DNA of 64,000 nt from a virus: IMG/VR virus record IMGVR_UViG_3300009000_000003. The stretch is one strand, 5' to 3'. Made by a program: the position numbers and the translations under genes. Of the stretch, positions 8,959-18,654 are shown in pieces. Numbering within the stretch: position 1 is the first letter of the stretch; the number at the start of each line of letters is the position of its first letter. The notes under the pieces are model-generated. The model did no database searches and was not told the DNA's origin. It was given only the letters and a program-made list of their open reading frames with translations.

Positions 8959-10293
8959 ATGGCTATTAAATTTACAGACGGAACTGAACTAACACTCCCA
9001 AGTAGCAAGAAAGCTGCTGCTCGTTATATGGCTGACATGATCCGCAACCGCGGTCAACTTCCTGATAGCGAAGAGTCAATCAGCTGGGAGACTTTTGCTA
9101 ATACAATTTCTCCTAAGAACAGAGACGCAATCTCTTCTTCTGAGATTTCACCTCTCCTCCAAGAGTCAATGGAAATCCTCATTCGTGAGCCAGTTGAGCC
9201 ATCAATGACCATTACTCCTCTTTTCACTCGCGTTCAGGCTAAAGGCCTCAACACTCAAATCCTTGCTGGTGCAATGGGTGCTGTTTACGCTGGTGATGTT
9301 CAGGAGTCAGGTACTTACCCTGAGGTTAATTTCCAAATGGGTGGCGCTGTTTCTACTGCTTACATTGGAAAGAGCGGTATTGCAGCTTCTTTCACTGACG
9401 AAGCTCTCCGTTACAGCACCTTTGATATCATGGCTAAAAACCTAGAGCTCATGGGTAACGCTATGGTTCGCCACAAGGAGCAGAAGGCTGTTGCTTTCCT
9501 TAAGCAACTCGGTACTTCTCTTTTTGATAACCTTAACCCCGCGCAGTCTATTTACGGTGTACTTAGCGGTCGTGGTCTTGAAGGTGGGTCACTTGTTGCT
9601 AATGGCTCAATGACTATGGAAAATCTCATGCGTGCTATGGCTCACATGAGCGAAGAGGGTTTCACTCCTGATACCCTTCTTATGCACCCACTCTTTTACT
9701 ACACCTTTGTACAAGATCCAGTTCTCCGCACTATGATGCTCGCTCATGGCGGTGGCTCAATCTTTAATCCTTACAGTGGTAATCCTGGTCCTCTCGACCC
9801 TTACAGCAATGGTGCTCTTGGCGCACGTGGACCTAGCAATGGTACTCGCGTTGTTAATCCTCGCGGCATTGGTAGCTCTGGTACTGGAAGCAGCAGCGAG
9901 TCCGTTACCTCTGTTCTTGAGCGTAACCAGAACATGACTTCTGCTCCTAATCTCCCAAGCTACTTCCCATTCAACTTCCGTATCATTGTATCTCCTCTCT
10001 GCCCATACGATCCAGAGTCAGAGACTGGTGATATCTTCCTTCTTTCAAGTGGTAACGTTGGTTTCCACCTTGTTGACGAGGATGCAACTACTGTTGAGTG
10101 GCGCGACGAGAACACTGAGACTGTTAAAGTTAAAATCCGTGAGCGTTATGGCTTTGCAGTTGCTCACGAGGGTCAAGGCGTTGGCGTCTTCAAGAATGTT
10201 AAGCGTGCAGAGAATCGTTGGGACGGCTCTATTGATGCTGCTCCTAGCGATATTGCTGACCTTGATGAAGCAGACGTAAAAGCTAATCTCTAA
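8959..10293 (+). CDS. Major capsid protein (HK97-like fold)
   Basis: 444 aa, RBS AAAGGA, strongest codon bias in the window. VQESGTYPE, KSGIAASFTDEALRYS, FTPDTLLMHP and KIRERYG patterns are typical of large-phage MCPs. Followed by a terminator. Confidence 0.88.
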   Translation: MAIKFTDGTELTLPSSKKAAARYMADMIRNRGQLPDSEESISWETFANTISPKNRDAISSSEISPLLQESMEILIREPVEPSMTITPLFTRVQAKGLNTQILAGAMGAVYAGDVQESGTYPEVNFQMGGAVSTAYIGKSGIAASFTDEALRYSTFDIMAKNLELMGNAMVRHKEQKAVAFLKQLGTSLFDNLNPAQSIYGVLSGRGLEGGSLVANGSMTMENLMRAMAHMSEEGFTPDTLLMHPLFYYTFVQDPVLRTMMLAHGGGSIFNPYSGNPGPLDPYSNGALGARGPSNGTRVVNPRGIGSSGTGSSSESVTSVLERNQNMTSAPNLPSYFPFNFRIIVSPLCPYDPESETGDIFLLSSGNVGFHLVDEDATTVEWRDENTETVKVKIRERYGFAVAHEGQGVGVFKNVKRAENRWDGSIDAAPSDIADLDEADVKANL

Positions 10294-10323
10294 TACTACT
10301 TTACTCTAGTAAAGAGATTTAGT

Positions 10324-10357
10324 AAAAAGGCAAGTAGAAATACTTGCCTTTTTTATT
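10324..10357 (+). terminator. Rho-independent terminator after the major capsid gene
   Basis: AAAAAGGCAAGTA-GAAA-TACTTGCCTTTTTT: perfect stem, GNRA loop, T tract. Confidence 0.9.
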
Positions 10358-10369
10358 AGGAGCTTTTTA

Positions 10370-10663
10370 ATGGGTGTTTTCAAAACAGAAAAAACTGATA
10401 TTGAATTATATATAGAAGAGAAGTTTTCTGAAGAAGAAGAAATTTTATATAATTTTGATGTAGAAATAGAAGAAGATAATTTTATTGAAGTTAAAATAGA
10501 AACAGGAGAGGCAAATGGCGATAACATTCAAACCGGAGAACAGTTACCCCCAAAACCAAGAGGATGGATTTCCAGTCGGGCAGAGTTTTTATTTAATATT
10601 CTCGAACGCAGTAGATTTGAAAAAGTTCAAAGAGTGTTGCGTTTTATTCGGAAGAGACTTTGA
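10370..10663 (+). CDS. Small hypothetical protein with acidic N-half, overlapping the next gene by 149 nt
   Basis: AGGAG 7 nt before the ATG. Fills the otherwise empty 10370-10514 gap. Confidence 0.4.
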   Translation: MGVFKTEKTDIELYIEEKFSEEEEILYNFDVEIEEDNFIEVKIETGEANGDNIQTGEQLPPKPRGWISSRAEFLFNILERSRFEKVQRVLRFIRKRL

Positions 10664-11702
10664 TAGAAGCTATGGCCCTGACAATTCTTTATGGTTGAAC
10701 ACTAGCGATGCAACTAATCCTTTTTTCTTACGTTCTCCTGGTTTTGGTGGTTTTATTGATTATGATATTGAAGGATATTTAATTGATGACTATGAGTTAA
10801 AAAATGTTTTAGAAGTTCAAACTACAATTGAAAAAGTAGCAGAGCAAAAAACTTTAATAAAAATTACTCCTAAAATAATATTGCCTGAAAATAATAAATT
10901 TTATCTTTATATTATTGGAAGCAATGCAGACGAAAGCAATGACTTGCCTGAATTCGTAAAAGGTTACGGAGAAGGTAAAAGTATATCAGTTCGAACTGTA
11001 TATGATGTAATGGGTGACAATAATGAAGTTGATTCGAGAATTCGAAGCTCAGGTTCTTTTGAACCAAAAAATAATGAGTCTTCTAATGTGCTTTATTTTA
11101 AAATTGTAACTGCAGGTGAAGGATCGCAAGCTAAATACATTTGGTGGTTTGATGACGAAAGTGAACCTGCTCCAGCAGATGACAGGTATAAAGAACGTTT
11201 GTCTCGCTGCGTACAAAGGTGGCGTTTAACAGATAGAGGAGTAATGTTACGTTTCTCTGGTAGTACTTATGAGCTGAATGAATTGTTCAAAGTTTTTTGT
11301 TATGAAGAAGAACTATTAGAGCAGAGTTATTTAATTACATTTCAAACAAGCACAGATTCAGTATATGAGTACCCTGAAAATGTTTCAGCTTCACCCATTG
11401 GTTTAGATAACAATGTCATTCCAGACGTAAACAGCTTTTTACCTTCATCAGAAAATGAATTAAAAGTAATCTCAATTGAACCTTATAATGGGGCAGTTAA
11501 TGTAAATTTAGATTTAAAACAAATAGTAATTACTTTTAATAAAAATTTAAATCCAGAAACAGTAACTCAAGAAAATGTAAAGTTAACTTCATATCCTGTA
11601 AGTGGAAGTTTTGATGGACCAAATGGTACAAGATCAGACAGGGAAAGAATTATTTATAAAATAATTTCTGTAATTGATAATAAGATTATTTTAGAAATTT
11701 AA
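10515..11702 (+). CDS. Virion structural protein with bacterial Ig-like (Big_5/SbsA-like) domains
   Basis: N-terminal SYPQN..GFPVGQSFYLIFSNAVD and C-terminal LKVISIEPYNGAVNV..KQIVITFNKNLNPETV patterns. RBS AGGAGAGG. Confidence 0.65.
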   Translation: MAITFKPENSYPQNQEDGFPVGQSFYLIFSNAVDLKKFKECCVLFGRDFDRSYGPDNSLWLNTSDATNPFFLRSPGFGGFIDYDIEGYLIDDYELKNVLEVQTTIEKVAEQKTLIKITPKIILPENNKFYLYIIGSNADESNDLPEFVKGYGEGKSISVRTVYDVMGDNNEVDSRIRSSGSFEPKNNESSNVLYFKIVTAGEGSQAKYIWWFDDESEPAPADDRYKERLSRCVQRWRLTDRGVMLRFSGSTYELNELFKVFCYEEELLEQSYLITFQTSTDSVYEYPENVSASPIGLDNNVIPDVNSFLPSSENELKVISIEPYNGAVNVNLDLKQIVITFNKNLNPETVTQENVKLTSYPVSGSFDGPNGTRSDRERIIYKIISVIDNKIILEI

Positions 11703-11711
11703 GGAGTTAAA

Positions 11712-12797
11712 ATGAGTTGCTCTAACACAAATAGCAAATATTGTGGTCCTCCTACTAAAATAAAAAGAAAAGGAGATTACAGAAAAAATTGTTACAATTT
11801 AAATGAAAGTTTTAAATTTAAAGTTATATTTAAAGATAACTGTAATAATAATTATGATCCCGATGATTTAAGTATACAGTTAAATTTAACTGCTCCAAAT
11901 GGAGATTTAATCTCTCCAATAGATTATATAAAAGTAGATACAGGGTTTTATTATACTGAATATACTTTCTTGCAAGAAGGAAATTGGAGTGGCTTCTGGA
12001 GCTCTGAAAAAGATGGAATAGCAAGAACAGAGTCTGTTTTCACTTTTACAGTACAAAACAATTTATCTAGTGAAAATATAATAAGTGGATTAACTTTCAA
12101 TAGTTTAATTGTAATAGAGCTTAGTCAAAATATTGAATCAGAGCATGGACATAAAACATTAAAAGAAAATGAATTTTATTCTTTTAGTAGTGAGTATAAT
12201 CCGTTTTATTGTTCTGTTGAAATGTTGCGAATGGAAATGGGTTCTTGGATTGACTTAGTGTCAGATGATACATTAGCGTTAGCTATACATTGGTCTTCTT
12301 TAGAAGCAAATAATATAACTGGAGTACCACCTACTTCAGAAAGATATTTGTTTGCACGTACAAGATTTGTAATGTACGATGCAGCAATTAAATTGTTTAG
12401 TATGCCTGTCGGCATATCTTCTCCAGGTTCAGGTAAATCTAAAACGCTTGGAGATTTAATGATAGATAATGGTTCGTCTTTAGATTTTGCTTTAAAAGAT
12501 TTAGTATCTGAATTAAAAGCAGAAAGAGATGAATGGTGGAGAGTTGTCAATGCAGGGGGCTGCATTGTGCCTGGTCAAGGTTTAGGTCCCTCTTCAGCAG
12601 TTCAAGGGGGAGCCAGATCTGATAAAATGCAAAGATCAAGAGAATGGCACGACCCATGGACTGAATACTATATTCAACCTACTCAAAACTCTCTTTATCG
12701 CAAACCTGGAGAAAAGAAATACAAGCATGGTTACTCAGGTTGGACTGAGTATTACTATGGTCAAAACGTAGTAAACGTAAGGAAAGGTAGAAGATGA
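11712..12797 (+). CDS. Putative head-tail adaptor/neck protein with N-terminal Ig-like domain
   Basis: TGFYYTEYTF..EGNWSGFW beta-sandwich pattern. PFYCSVEMLR...SKTLGDLMI resembles head-tail connector proteins. Synteny and RBS AAGGAG. Confidence 0.5.
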   Translation: MSCSNTNSKYCGPPTKIKRKGDYRKNCYNLNESFKFKVIFKDNCNNNYDPDDLSIQLNLTAPNGDLISPIDYIKVDTGFYYTEYTFLQEGNWSGFWSSEKDGIARTESVFTFTVQNNLSSENIISGLTFNSLIVIELSQNIESEHGHKTLKENEFYSFSSEYNPFYCSVEMLRMEMGSWIDLVSDDTLALAIHWSSLEANNITGVPPTSERYLFARTRFVMYDAAIKLFSMPVGISSPGSGKSKTLGDLMIDNGSSLDFALKDLVSELKAERDEWWRVVNAGGCIVPGQGLGPSSAVQGGARSDKMQRSREWHDPWTEYYIQPTQNSLYRKPGEKKYKHGYSGWTEYYYGQNVVNVRKGRR

Positions 12798-13348
12798 TAC
12801 CTCCTAGTCGTAGAAAAACAAAAACAGATTGTGAAATAGATCTTCGTAAAGAATTTGATGATATTGTTTTTGGTATCGGTGGTTGTAAACCACATAATCA
12901 CTTAGTTTTGTTAAGAGTACCAAGGCAAGATTCTACAGGCAATTTGATTAAATGCGATTGTGTATCAGAGCTAACGGATGAACCAGATAATGAAAATGAA
13001 TGTAGATTCTGTTTAGGAGAAAAATACATTTGGGACGAAAGTTTTATTAGAGTTTATTCATCTATAGTTGGTGCTGACGGAGGTAAAGCAAATAGAAATC
13101 GTCGCTTAAGTCCTGGTGAGCTCAGAACAGACTATAAAATCTTTTACCTAAGATATGATCAAAAAATATCTTATAATTATAAAATAATAGAATTAAGTCT
13201 TGATTTAGAAGGAAATTTAGTTGTACCTTACAAAAGAGAAACGATCTATAGACCTGAAACTATTCAAAAATATAGAGCTGATTATGGACGAGTAGAGTAT
13301 ATCGCAGTATATGCTCGAGAAGAATCTTCAATAAGAGAGAATATTTAA
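12794..13348 (+). CDS. Putative neck/head-closure protein with Cys cluster
   Basis: KCDC...ECRFCLGEKY motif. Lies between capsid and sheath genes. ATGA overlap with the previous gene. Confidence 0.5.
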   Translation: MIPPSRRKTKTDCEIDLRKEFDDIVFGIGGCKPHNHLVLLRVPRQDSTGNLIKCDCVSELTDEPDNENECRFCLGEKYIWDESFIRVYSSIVGADGGKANRNRRLSPGELRTDYKIFYLRYDQKISYNYKIIELSLDLEGNLVVPYKRETIYRPETIQKYRADYGRVEYIAVYAREESSIRENI

Positions 13349-14068
13349 ATGGCAAGAAATCTAGACGAAGCTGTGGTTATCAATGTAGTTGATTCCAACG
13401 GAGATATCGTTAATGTACTTAACGCTAGAGATTTTGTTATTAACAACCCTTATAATGTTAATATAGATTCTGTATTTTTACCAAATACAAAACCAATGGA
13501 TTTAGATACATTTTTTACCGTATCTAAAATGTTAATCGAAGATGCTCAATTAAGAGAAGGTATTAATGAAGACTCTTTTATTAAATTAATAGAAGAATAC
13601 CCACCAGAAGATATTAATAAATATGGAAACGAAGTAATTACTTGGAAAGTGGTAGAGCGAAAACCAGGTATGATGAATACAAAAGGCACTGGTAGGCCGC
13701 ATAGAAAAGCTACTTATTCGCATCAAGAGCATCGACCAGATTTACCTAATAAAATCATAACAGTTGAATCTAGACCAGTAGACCATGTAATAGAATTTAA
13801 TTGCTGGGCCGTTAATAATAAGTTAGCTAACAAAAGAGCTATTTGGCTTGAAAAATTATTTGTAAATTCTGCTTTTGCTTTCGAAGTAAAAGGAGCTGAA
13901 AGATTTTATTTTAAAGAAAGACTTTCAGATAATTATTTAACTACTAATGGTCAAAGAATTTTTAGCAGACCTTTAAGGTTCTTTTTAAGGTTCCGAGAAT
14001 TTGATGCTAAAGCAGATACAATGATTAGAAATATTTTAGTTGATATCGGTATATTACCAAAAAATTAA
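13349..14068 (+). CDS. Putative tail terminator/completion protein
   Basis: DHVIEFNCWA.NNK.A...A.WLE pattern. Directly upstream of the sheath gene. Confidence 0.5.
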   Translation: MARNLDEAVVINVVDSNGDIVNVLNARDFVINNPYNVNIDSVFLPNTKPMDLDTFFTVSKMLIEDAQLREGINEDSFIKLIEEYPPEDINKYGNEVITWKVVERKPGMMNTKGTGRPHRKATYSHQEHRPDLPNKIITVESRPVDHVIEFNCWAVNNKLANKRAIWLEKLFVNSAFAFEVKGAERFYFKERLSDNYLTTNGQRIFSRPLRFFLRFREFDAKADTMIRNILVDIGILPKN

Positions 14069-14098
14069 ACTTACATTATTTTCTCTTAAGGAGACAAA

Positions 14099-16681
14099 AT
14101 GGCATACCAAAACCTTACATTAAGAAACATTGCGGGTGAAATGACAGCCACCTTCAATGATAATAGAATGAGAGCTTCTTTGCCGCCAGAACCGGAAGTA
14201 GGTCCAAGACTTTTTGTTACTGGACTTGCTAAAAGAGGTTTGGCTTACGAAGTTTTTAGACACAGAAACGTGAGTGAAACTTTTCTTGAGTTTTCACCTA
14301 ATTCTGAAATTGCAAGAATTGTTTCTGCAGCTAAAGATGCAAATGGATCTATACCATTATTAATATCTCGAATTGCTTCTAAAGCTGACCACTTTATGAT
14401 CAAAAGAGAAATTGACAATTCTTTTGAAAAAGAAAATTATATTGTTATAAAACCATTAATTTTCCAAGAAGCAGATGATACAAGAAATATCCGCTCAAGT
14501 GCAGAACAGCTTAAAATGGTTTTAATGCCATATGTAGAAGGAAGCGTTGTTCGTCAAAGAGTACTTCTTGCAGCAGATTCAAATACAAACACTTTTTCCG
14601 TTGTTTATGATTCAGAAAGAATTCTAAGAACTGAAGGAGATCTTTTATTTGATGTAGAAATTAATGTTCCAGTTGGAGAATTCTTGTTAACTCCAGGAGC
14701 TTTTGAAGATTTAGAAATTGCAAGTTTTGTATCTGGTGGATCTTACGATTTAGCTGCAATTAAAACATTATCAGAGCTTACTCCTAGCTTTAGAGCAGTA
14801 GAAGCATTATCAAAATGGGAAGATACTACAAATTCAAAAGACATTTTACACAAAACTGTGCTTGTAGATATTTTTGAGTCTGATAACACAGACGTTTTAG
14901 ATACACTTGGATTTTTCAAAAGTGAAGTCATTCAAGGTAGCGCTAAAGAAGCGATTAACAATTGCGAAAGATACGCTAGCAATGAAATCGCTTATGATAA
15001 ACTTGAATTTGAAAATGTAGACTTTATTTATTGTGAAAAATGTTATGCAGATACTCCTGCGGTTTCTTTGTCTATTTCAGATTCTCTTGGTGAACAACTC
15101 CAATGGGTAGAAAAATCATTAGGTTACTTTTGGAAATATATTTTTAATGGTAAACCTTATATGTTTATGTTTAATGAAAGCGCTCCTTTTACTAGTAGTT
15201 TAGTTGCAGATTATTCTAGCAATGATATTGCATATAGCTTTTCTGTAGATCAGAAAAAAGTAGGAAATCTTTTAAATTTAGTTCAAATGAACATTCATGC
15301 AGTAGCTGGAACCGCAGAAACTGAAGTAGAATCATTCTTTAATGAAAAAGGTTTAATTGAATGCCATGTTACAATTGCACCAGTAGGTGCCAGTAATGTA
15401 ACTGTAGAAACACCATTTTGTACTATAACAATCACTGCGAATCATACAGATCTTAATACTGCTGGAGATTTAGTTTCTGTAAGATTGCGTCCGTCTTTAG
15501 TAGATGGAGGCAATGCTCTTTCTACATATTGTTTGGATTCTCAAGAAAGTTTAAATACAGATCCTTTTGTATTGAGCCACTATGAGCTTGTTGGAGATCT
15601 TATCCCTGAAGCAGTTATGACTAGGTTGTTAACTTTCCCAGAAAGTGGGGCTGATACAAGTGTGAGCCTTGTCGCCAGCAATGAAGAAATTAGAGAAGTT
15701 TCTTTCTTGCAGCAAGCTGCTCAAGCGGCTTATAAAGCTTCTACAAATTATAGTCAAACAATCGCATTAGTACCAACTAGCCCTCCTCCAAGTTCACATA
15801 CAGGTGTATCTACTTGGGCAGGTAACCCTGCTTCTTATGAAGTAGATCGCAGTGGAAATATCGTTGTTATTAAAGATGGTACTGGAATTTTAGGTACTAA
15901 ACTTTTAGCGGGTTCTACAACGTATAGAGATGGCACTGCATTTGGTGGTGTAATTCTTACAAATGGAACTAATTTGCCAAACGAAATTCCTTACGGAATT
16001 GATGATACTGACGAAGCGCTTGATGGATTTGGAAATCCTATTGATCTTGGCAAACACGCTGTAGTTATTGGAGCTTGGGGATTCATTGAAGACCCACAAA
16101 ATGCTCAAATTAACAGAGGTTCTAGAATTAGAACGGGGCAAAGAACTTCTGCTTTCGTAAATGCAGCACCACTTATTGCAGGGGTTTTAGCAAACCTAGC
16201 TCCTGGTGAAGAGCCTATTGGGCCTATTCGTGGAGTGATTCCTGGAATTCTTCCACAGCAACGCACACCTAGAGCAGTGCTTGACAATCTTGCAGCATTA
16301 CGCATTGCAATGATTGATCAAACTGGCGTGCTTTCTTCAATTTATACTGCAGCCTTAAGAACTTCTGATTATTCTAAGATTAGCTCTATTATGTCTGCCA
16401 ATGCAATTCTTCAACAAGTAAGAGCTCTTTGTGGAGGAGTTATTGGTACAGCATACAAAGATGAGCAAATTGCTTCTCTTAGTCAGCAAGTAGACGGTGT
16501 TATGCGTTCTATGGTGCGTGATGGTTATGCACAAAGTATTGACGTTAGTTTTTCTGCATCTCGTTTTGATAGAATCAATGGTGTACTTCGCACTTCAGTA
16601 CGATTTGTTCCGCCACTAAGCTTAGAAGCTGTAACCATTGAACTAACCCTTGAAGCTCCTGCTTCAGGAATCAACGCTTAA
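14099..16681 (+). CDS. Contractile tail sheath protein
   Basis: 860 aa. N-terminal LFVTGLAKRG; C-terminal SDYSKISSI..., RINGVLRTSVRFVPPLSLEAVTIEL sheath-type end. Precedes the tube gene. RBS AAGGAG. Confidence 0.82.
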   Translation: MAYQNLTLRNIAGEMTATFNDNRMRASLPPEPEVGPRLFVTGLAKRGLAYEVFRHRNVSETFLEFSPNSEIARIVSAAKDANGSIPLLISRIASKADHFMIKREIDNSFEKENYIVIKPLIFQEADDTRNIRSSAEQLKMVLMPYVEGSVVRQRVLLAADSNTNTFSVVYDSERILRTEGDLLFDVEINVPVGEFLLTPGAFEDLEIASFVSGGSYDLAAIKTLSELTPSFRAVEALSKWEDTTNSKDILHKTVLVDIFESDNTDVLDTLGFFKSEVIQGSAKEAINNCERYASNEIAYDKLEFENVDFIYCEKCYADTPAVSLSISDSLGEQLQWVEKSLGYFWKYIFNGKPYMFMFNESAPFTSSLVADYSSNDIAYSFSVDQKKVGNLLNLVQMNIHAVAGTAETEVESFFNEKGLIECHVTIAPVGASNVTVETPFCTITITANHTDLNTAGDLVSVRLRPSLVDGGNALSTYCLDSQESLNTDPFVLSHYELVGDLIPEAVMTRLLTFPESGADTSVSLVASNEEIREVSFLQQAAQAAYKASTNYSQTIALVPTSPPPSSHTGVSTWAGNPASYEVDRSGNIVVIKDGTGILGTKLLAGSTTYRDGTAFGGVILTNGTNLPNEIPYGIDDTDEALDGFGNPIDLGKHAVVIGAWGFIEDPQNAQINRGSRIRTGQRTSAFVNAAPLIAGVLANLAPGEEPIGPIRGVIPGILPQQRTPRAVLDNLAALRIAMIDQTGVLSSIYTAALRTSDYSKISSIMSANAILQQVRALCGGVIGTAYKDEQIASLSQQVDGVMRSMVRDGYAQSIDVSFSASRFDRINGVLRTSVRFVPPLSLEAVTIELTLEAPASGINA

Positions 16682-16697
16682 TTGAAAGGAATTTAAC

Positions 16698-17627
16698 ATG
16701 GCAACATCATTAGATTTAGCTAGAACATATACATCATACTCAGGCGTTGATATTCGTGTTATTATTAACGGCGCACAAGTTGGCTCTATGCAAGCGCTTT
16801 CATACGCTATCCAACGTGAAAAAGCACCCATCTATGTTATGGGTTCAGTAGACCCTATTTCTTATTCTCGTGGTAAACGTGGTATTGCAGGTACAATGAT
16901 TTCACTCATGATGGATACTCATATCCTTATGAGCCCTTCATTTACTGGCGAATATTACCTCGGTGATGCAGATGAAATTTTTGCTATGGTTGGGAAAGGA
17001 GATGATGAAAGCAACAAAGTTACTGGAAGCAATAGCACTCAAAGTTTAAATAATGTAGCAAATGAAAGTTTAGCAGGAGGTGTAGGTTTAACAAGTTTAG
17101 GTTTATCAACATCAGCACGCGGAGGAGTTAGTGGTACAGGGATTGGATCAACCAATGTGTCAAATTCTGGTGGAGCAGGGCAACCCGGAGCAAATGCTTC
17201 AGGTGCTTATCAAAGAAATGATACTAATTTTAGAACATTAGATGTTAACGCATTAGGAAATAATTATCGTATTGCACCAGTATTTTATGTAGATCAAATC
17301 CTTCCATTTGATATTGCTATTGTTGCAGCTAACGAATATGGCCAATCAGCTCAAATGCGCCTTTATGGTTGTGAGATTCTTAACGAAGGATCTGGTTTTT
17401 CAATTGATGACATCGTTATTGAAAACCAGATGACTTATGTTTGCCGCACTATTCTCCCATGGCGTAGTTTTGATTTACAAGACGTAAGAGCAGCAGAAGG
17501 TGGTAGTAAACCAGTATCAGGGTCTGCAAGAGATGCTCTTTACAGCAGATTAGGAAAGCCAGCGAATAGAGGTGCAAACACTACAAGTACTGGTGGAGAC
17601 GCTACAATTAAATATCAAAAAGCTTAA
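16698..17627 (+). CDS. Major tail tube protein
   Basis: YTSYSGVDI..QALSYAIQREKAPIYVMGS...RGKRGIAGT and DQILPFDI...CEILNEGSGFSIDD. High-expression codons, follows the sheath gene, followed by a terminator. Confidence 0.8.
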   Translation: MATSLDLARTYTSYSGVDIRVIINGAQVGSMQALSYAIQREKAPIYVMGSVDPISYSRGKRGIAGTMISLMMDTHILMSPSFTGEYYLGDADEIFAMVGKGDDESNKVTGSNSTQSLNNVANESLAGGVGLTSLGLSTSARGGVSGTGIGSTNVSNSGGAGQPGANASGAYQRNDTNFRTLDVNALGNNYRIAPVFYVDQILPFDIAIVAANEYGQSAQMRLYGCEILNEGSGFSIDDIVIENQMTYVCRTILPWRSFDLQDVRAAEGGSKPVSGSARDALYSRLGKPANRGANTTSTGGDATIKYQKA

Positions 17628-17658
17628 TATCTTTACTTTATAAGTAATCCGGTGCTAT

Positions 17659-17683
17659 AAAGGAGGCCTAGCCTCCTTTTTTT
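17659..17683 (+). terminator. Rho-independent terminator after the tail tube gene
   Basis: AAAGGAGGC-CTA-GCCTCCTTT followed by further Ts. Confidence 0.88.
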
Positions 17684-17695
17684 ATAGGTAAAATT

Positions 17696-18649
17696 ATGGA
17701 TTACACTTATTCTTACTCTGGAGCTGATTGCAGAGCATACGCTTTTTTTCCTGATAATCCAGGAAATATGGTAGATCTCTCTTCATTGGCAACTATATCT
17801 ATCTCTGTGCATGAAGCTAAATCTCCTGTAAGAAGATTAGGGGAAAGAGGCGTTAGTGGTTATACTAGAGGAATCAGAACTATTGCTGGATCAATGGTTT
17901 TCTTAGTAATAGAAGATCATCCTTTATGGAAATTAATTCATTCGAATAATAATTATTCTCCAGGGTACTCTTCTACTGATTGGAACAGAGATTCAGGTCG
18001 GAGTATCTCTAGAATTAATCAAAGAAAACTTTCTACAATGATTCGCCCGTTTAATATAATGTTAATTTATCAAACAGAAGTAGTTAAAACTGGTAACTCA
18101 AGCAAAGTTTCTTTAATGGAGATTCCAGAAAAAGCTTCTTTAATAATTGAAAATATAGATATATTAAATGAAGGTTTAGTTACATCTGTAAATGATATGG
18201 TTACTGAAGTACAAATGCAATTTGTAGCTCAAGATTATTATAGCTTAGATAAAGGAATTCAAGAATTAAAACAACAAGAAATTGTTGAAAATACTTTAAC
18301 TATGCAACCTAAACGATCAGATATTGAAAAACCAGATCCAGTTACAGAAATACAAAACAAGTTATCATTTTTTGGGTATAAAGGAATAAACGAATTAAAT
18401 ATACCAAATTTATCTGAAGAGCAAAAAGCTAAACTTAGAGAAGCAAATACTTCAATTCAACTTAAAGAACTTGCAGAATTAATAAGAGAAGTTAATAAAG
18501 ATGCTAAATATTCATATGACGATACAATGTATTGGTCTAGTCAATATGGCCAATTGACAGAAATTCAAAAAATAATTAATGAAAACAAAGCCATTCGCGA
18601 TTCTTATGAAGTGATTAATGGCAAACTTGTTATTAAAAATAAAGAGTAA
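17696..18649 (+). CDS. Tail tube paralogue (tube initiator/baseplate-proximal tube protein)
   Basis: YSYSGADC, ISISVHEAKSPVRRLG...YTRGIRTIAGS and DILNEG align by eye with the major tube protein. Confidence 0.7.
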   Translation: MDYTYSYSGADCRAYAFFPDNPGNMVDLSSLATISISVHEAKSPVRRLGERGVSGYTRGIRTIAGSMVFLVIEDHPLWKLIHSNNNYSPGYSSTDWNRDSGRSISRINQRKLSTMIRPFNIMLIYQTEVVKTGNSSKVSLMEIPEKASLIIENIDILNEGLVTSVNDMVTEVQMQFVAQDYYSLDKGIQELKQQEIVENTLTMQPKRSDIEKPDPVTEIQNKLSFFGYKGINELNIPNLSEEQKAKLREANTSIQLKELAELIREVNKDAKYSYDDTMYWSSQYGQLTEIQKIINENKAIRDSYEVINGKLVIKNKE

Positions 18650-18654
18650 AATTT

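Noticed and set aside
12654-12677. Diversity-generating retroelement TR/VR pair for the 24-nt repeat
   Set aside because: Too short, only one synonymous mismatch, and no reverse transcriptase in the window.
13346-13351. In-frame TAA-ATG junctions (13346-13351 and 59806-59811) as split genes
   Set aside because: ATG follows the stop immediately and each side looks like a complete protein. This is ordinary translational coupling, unlike the 32617 case.
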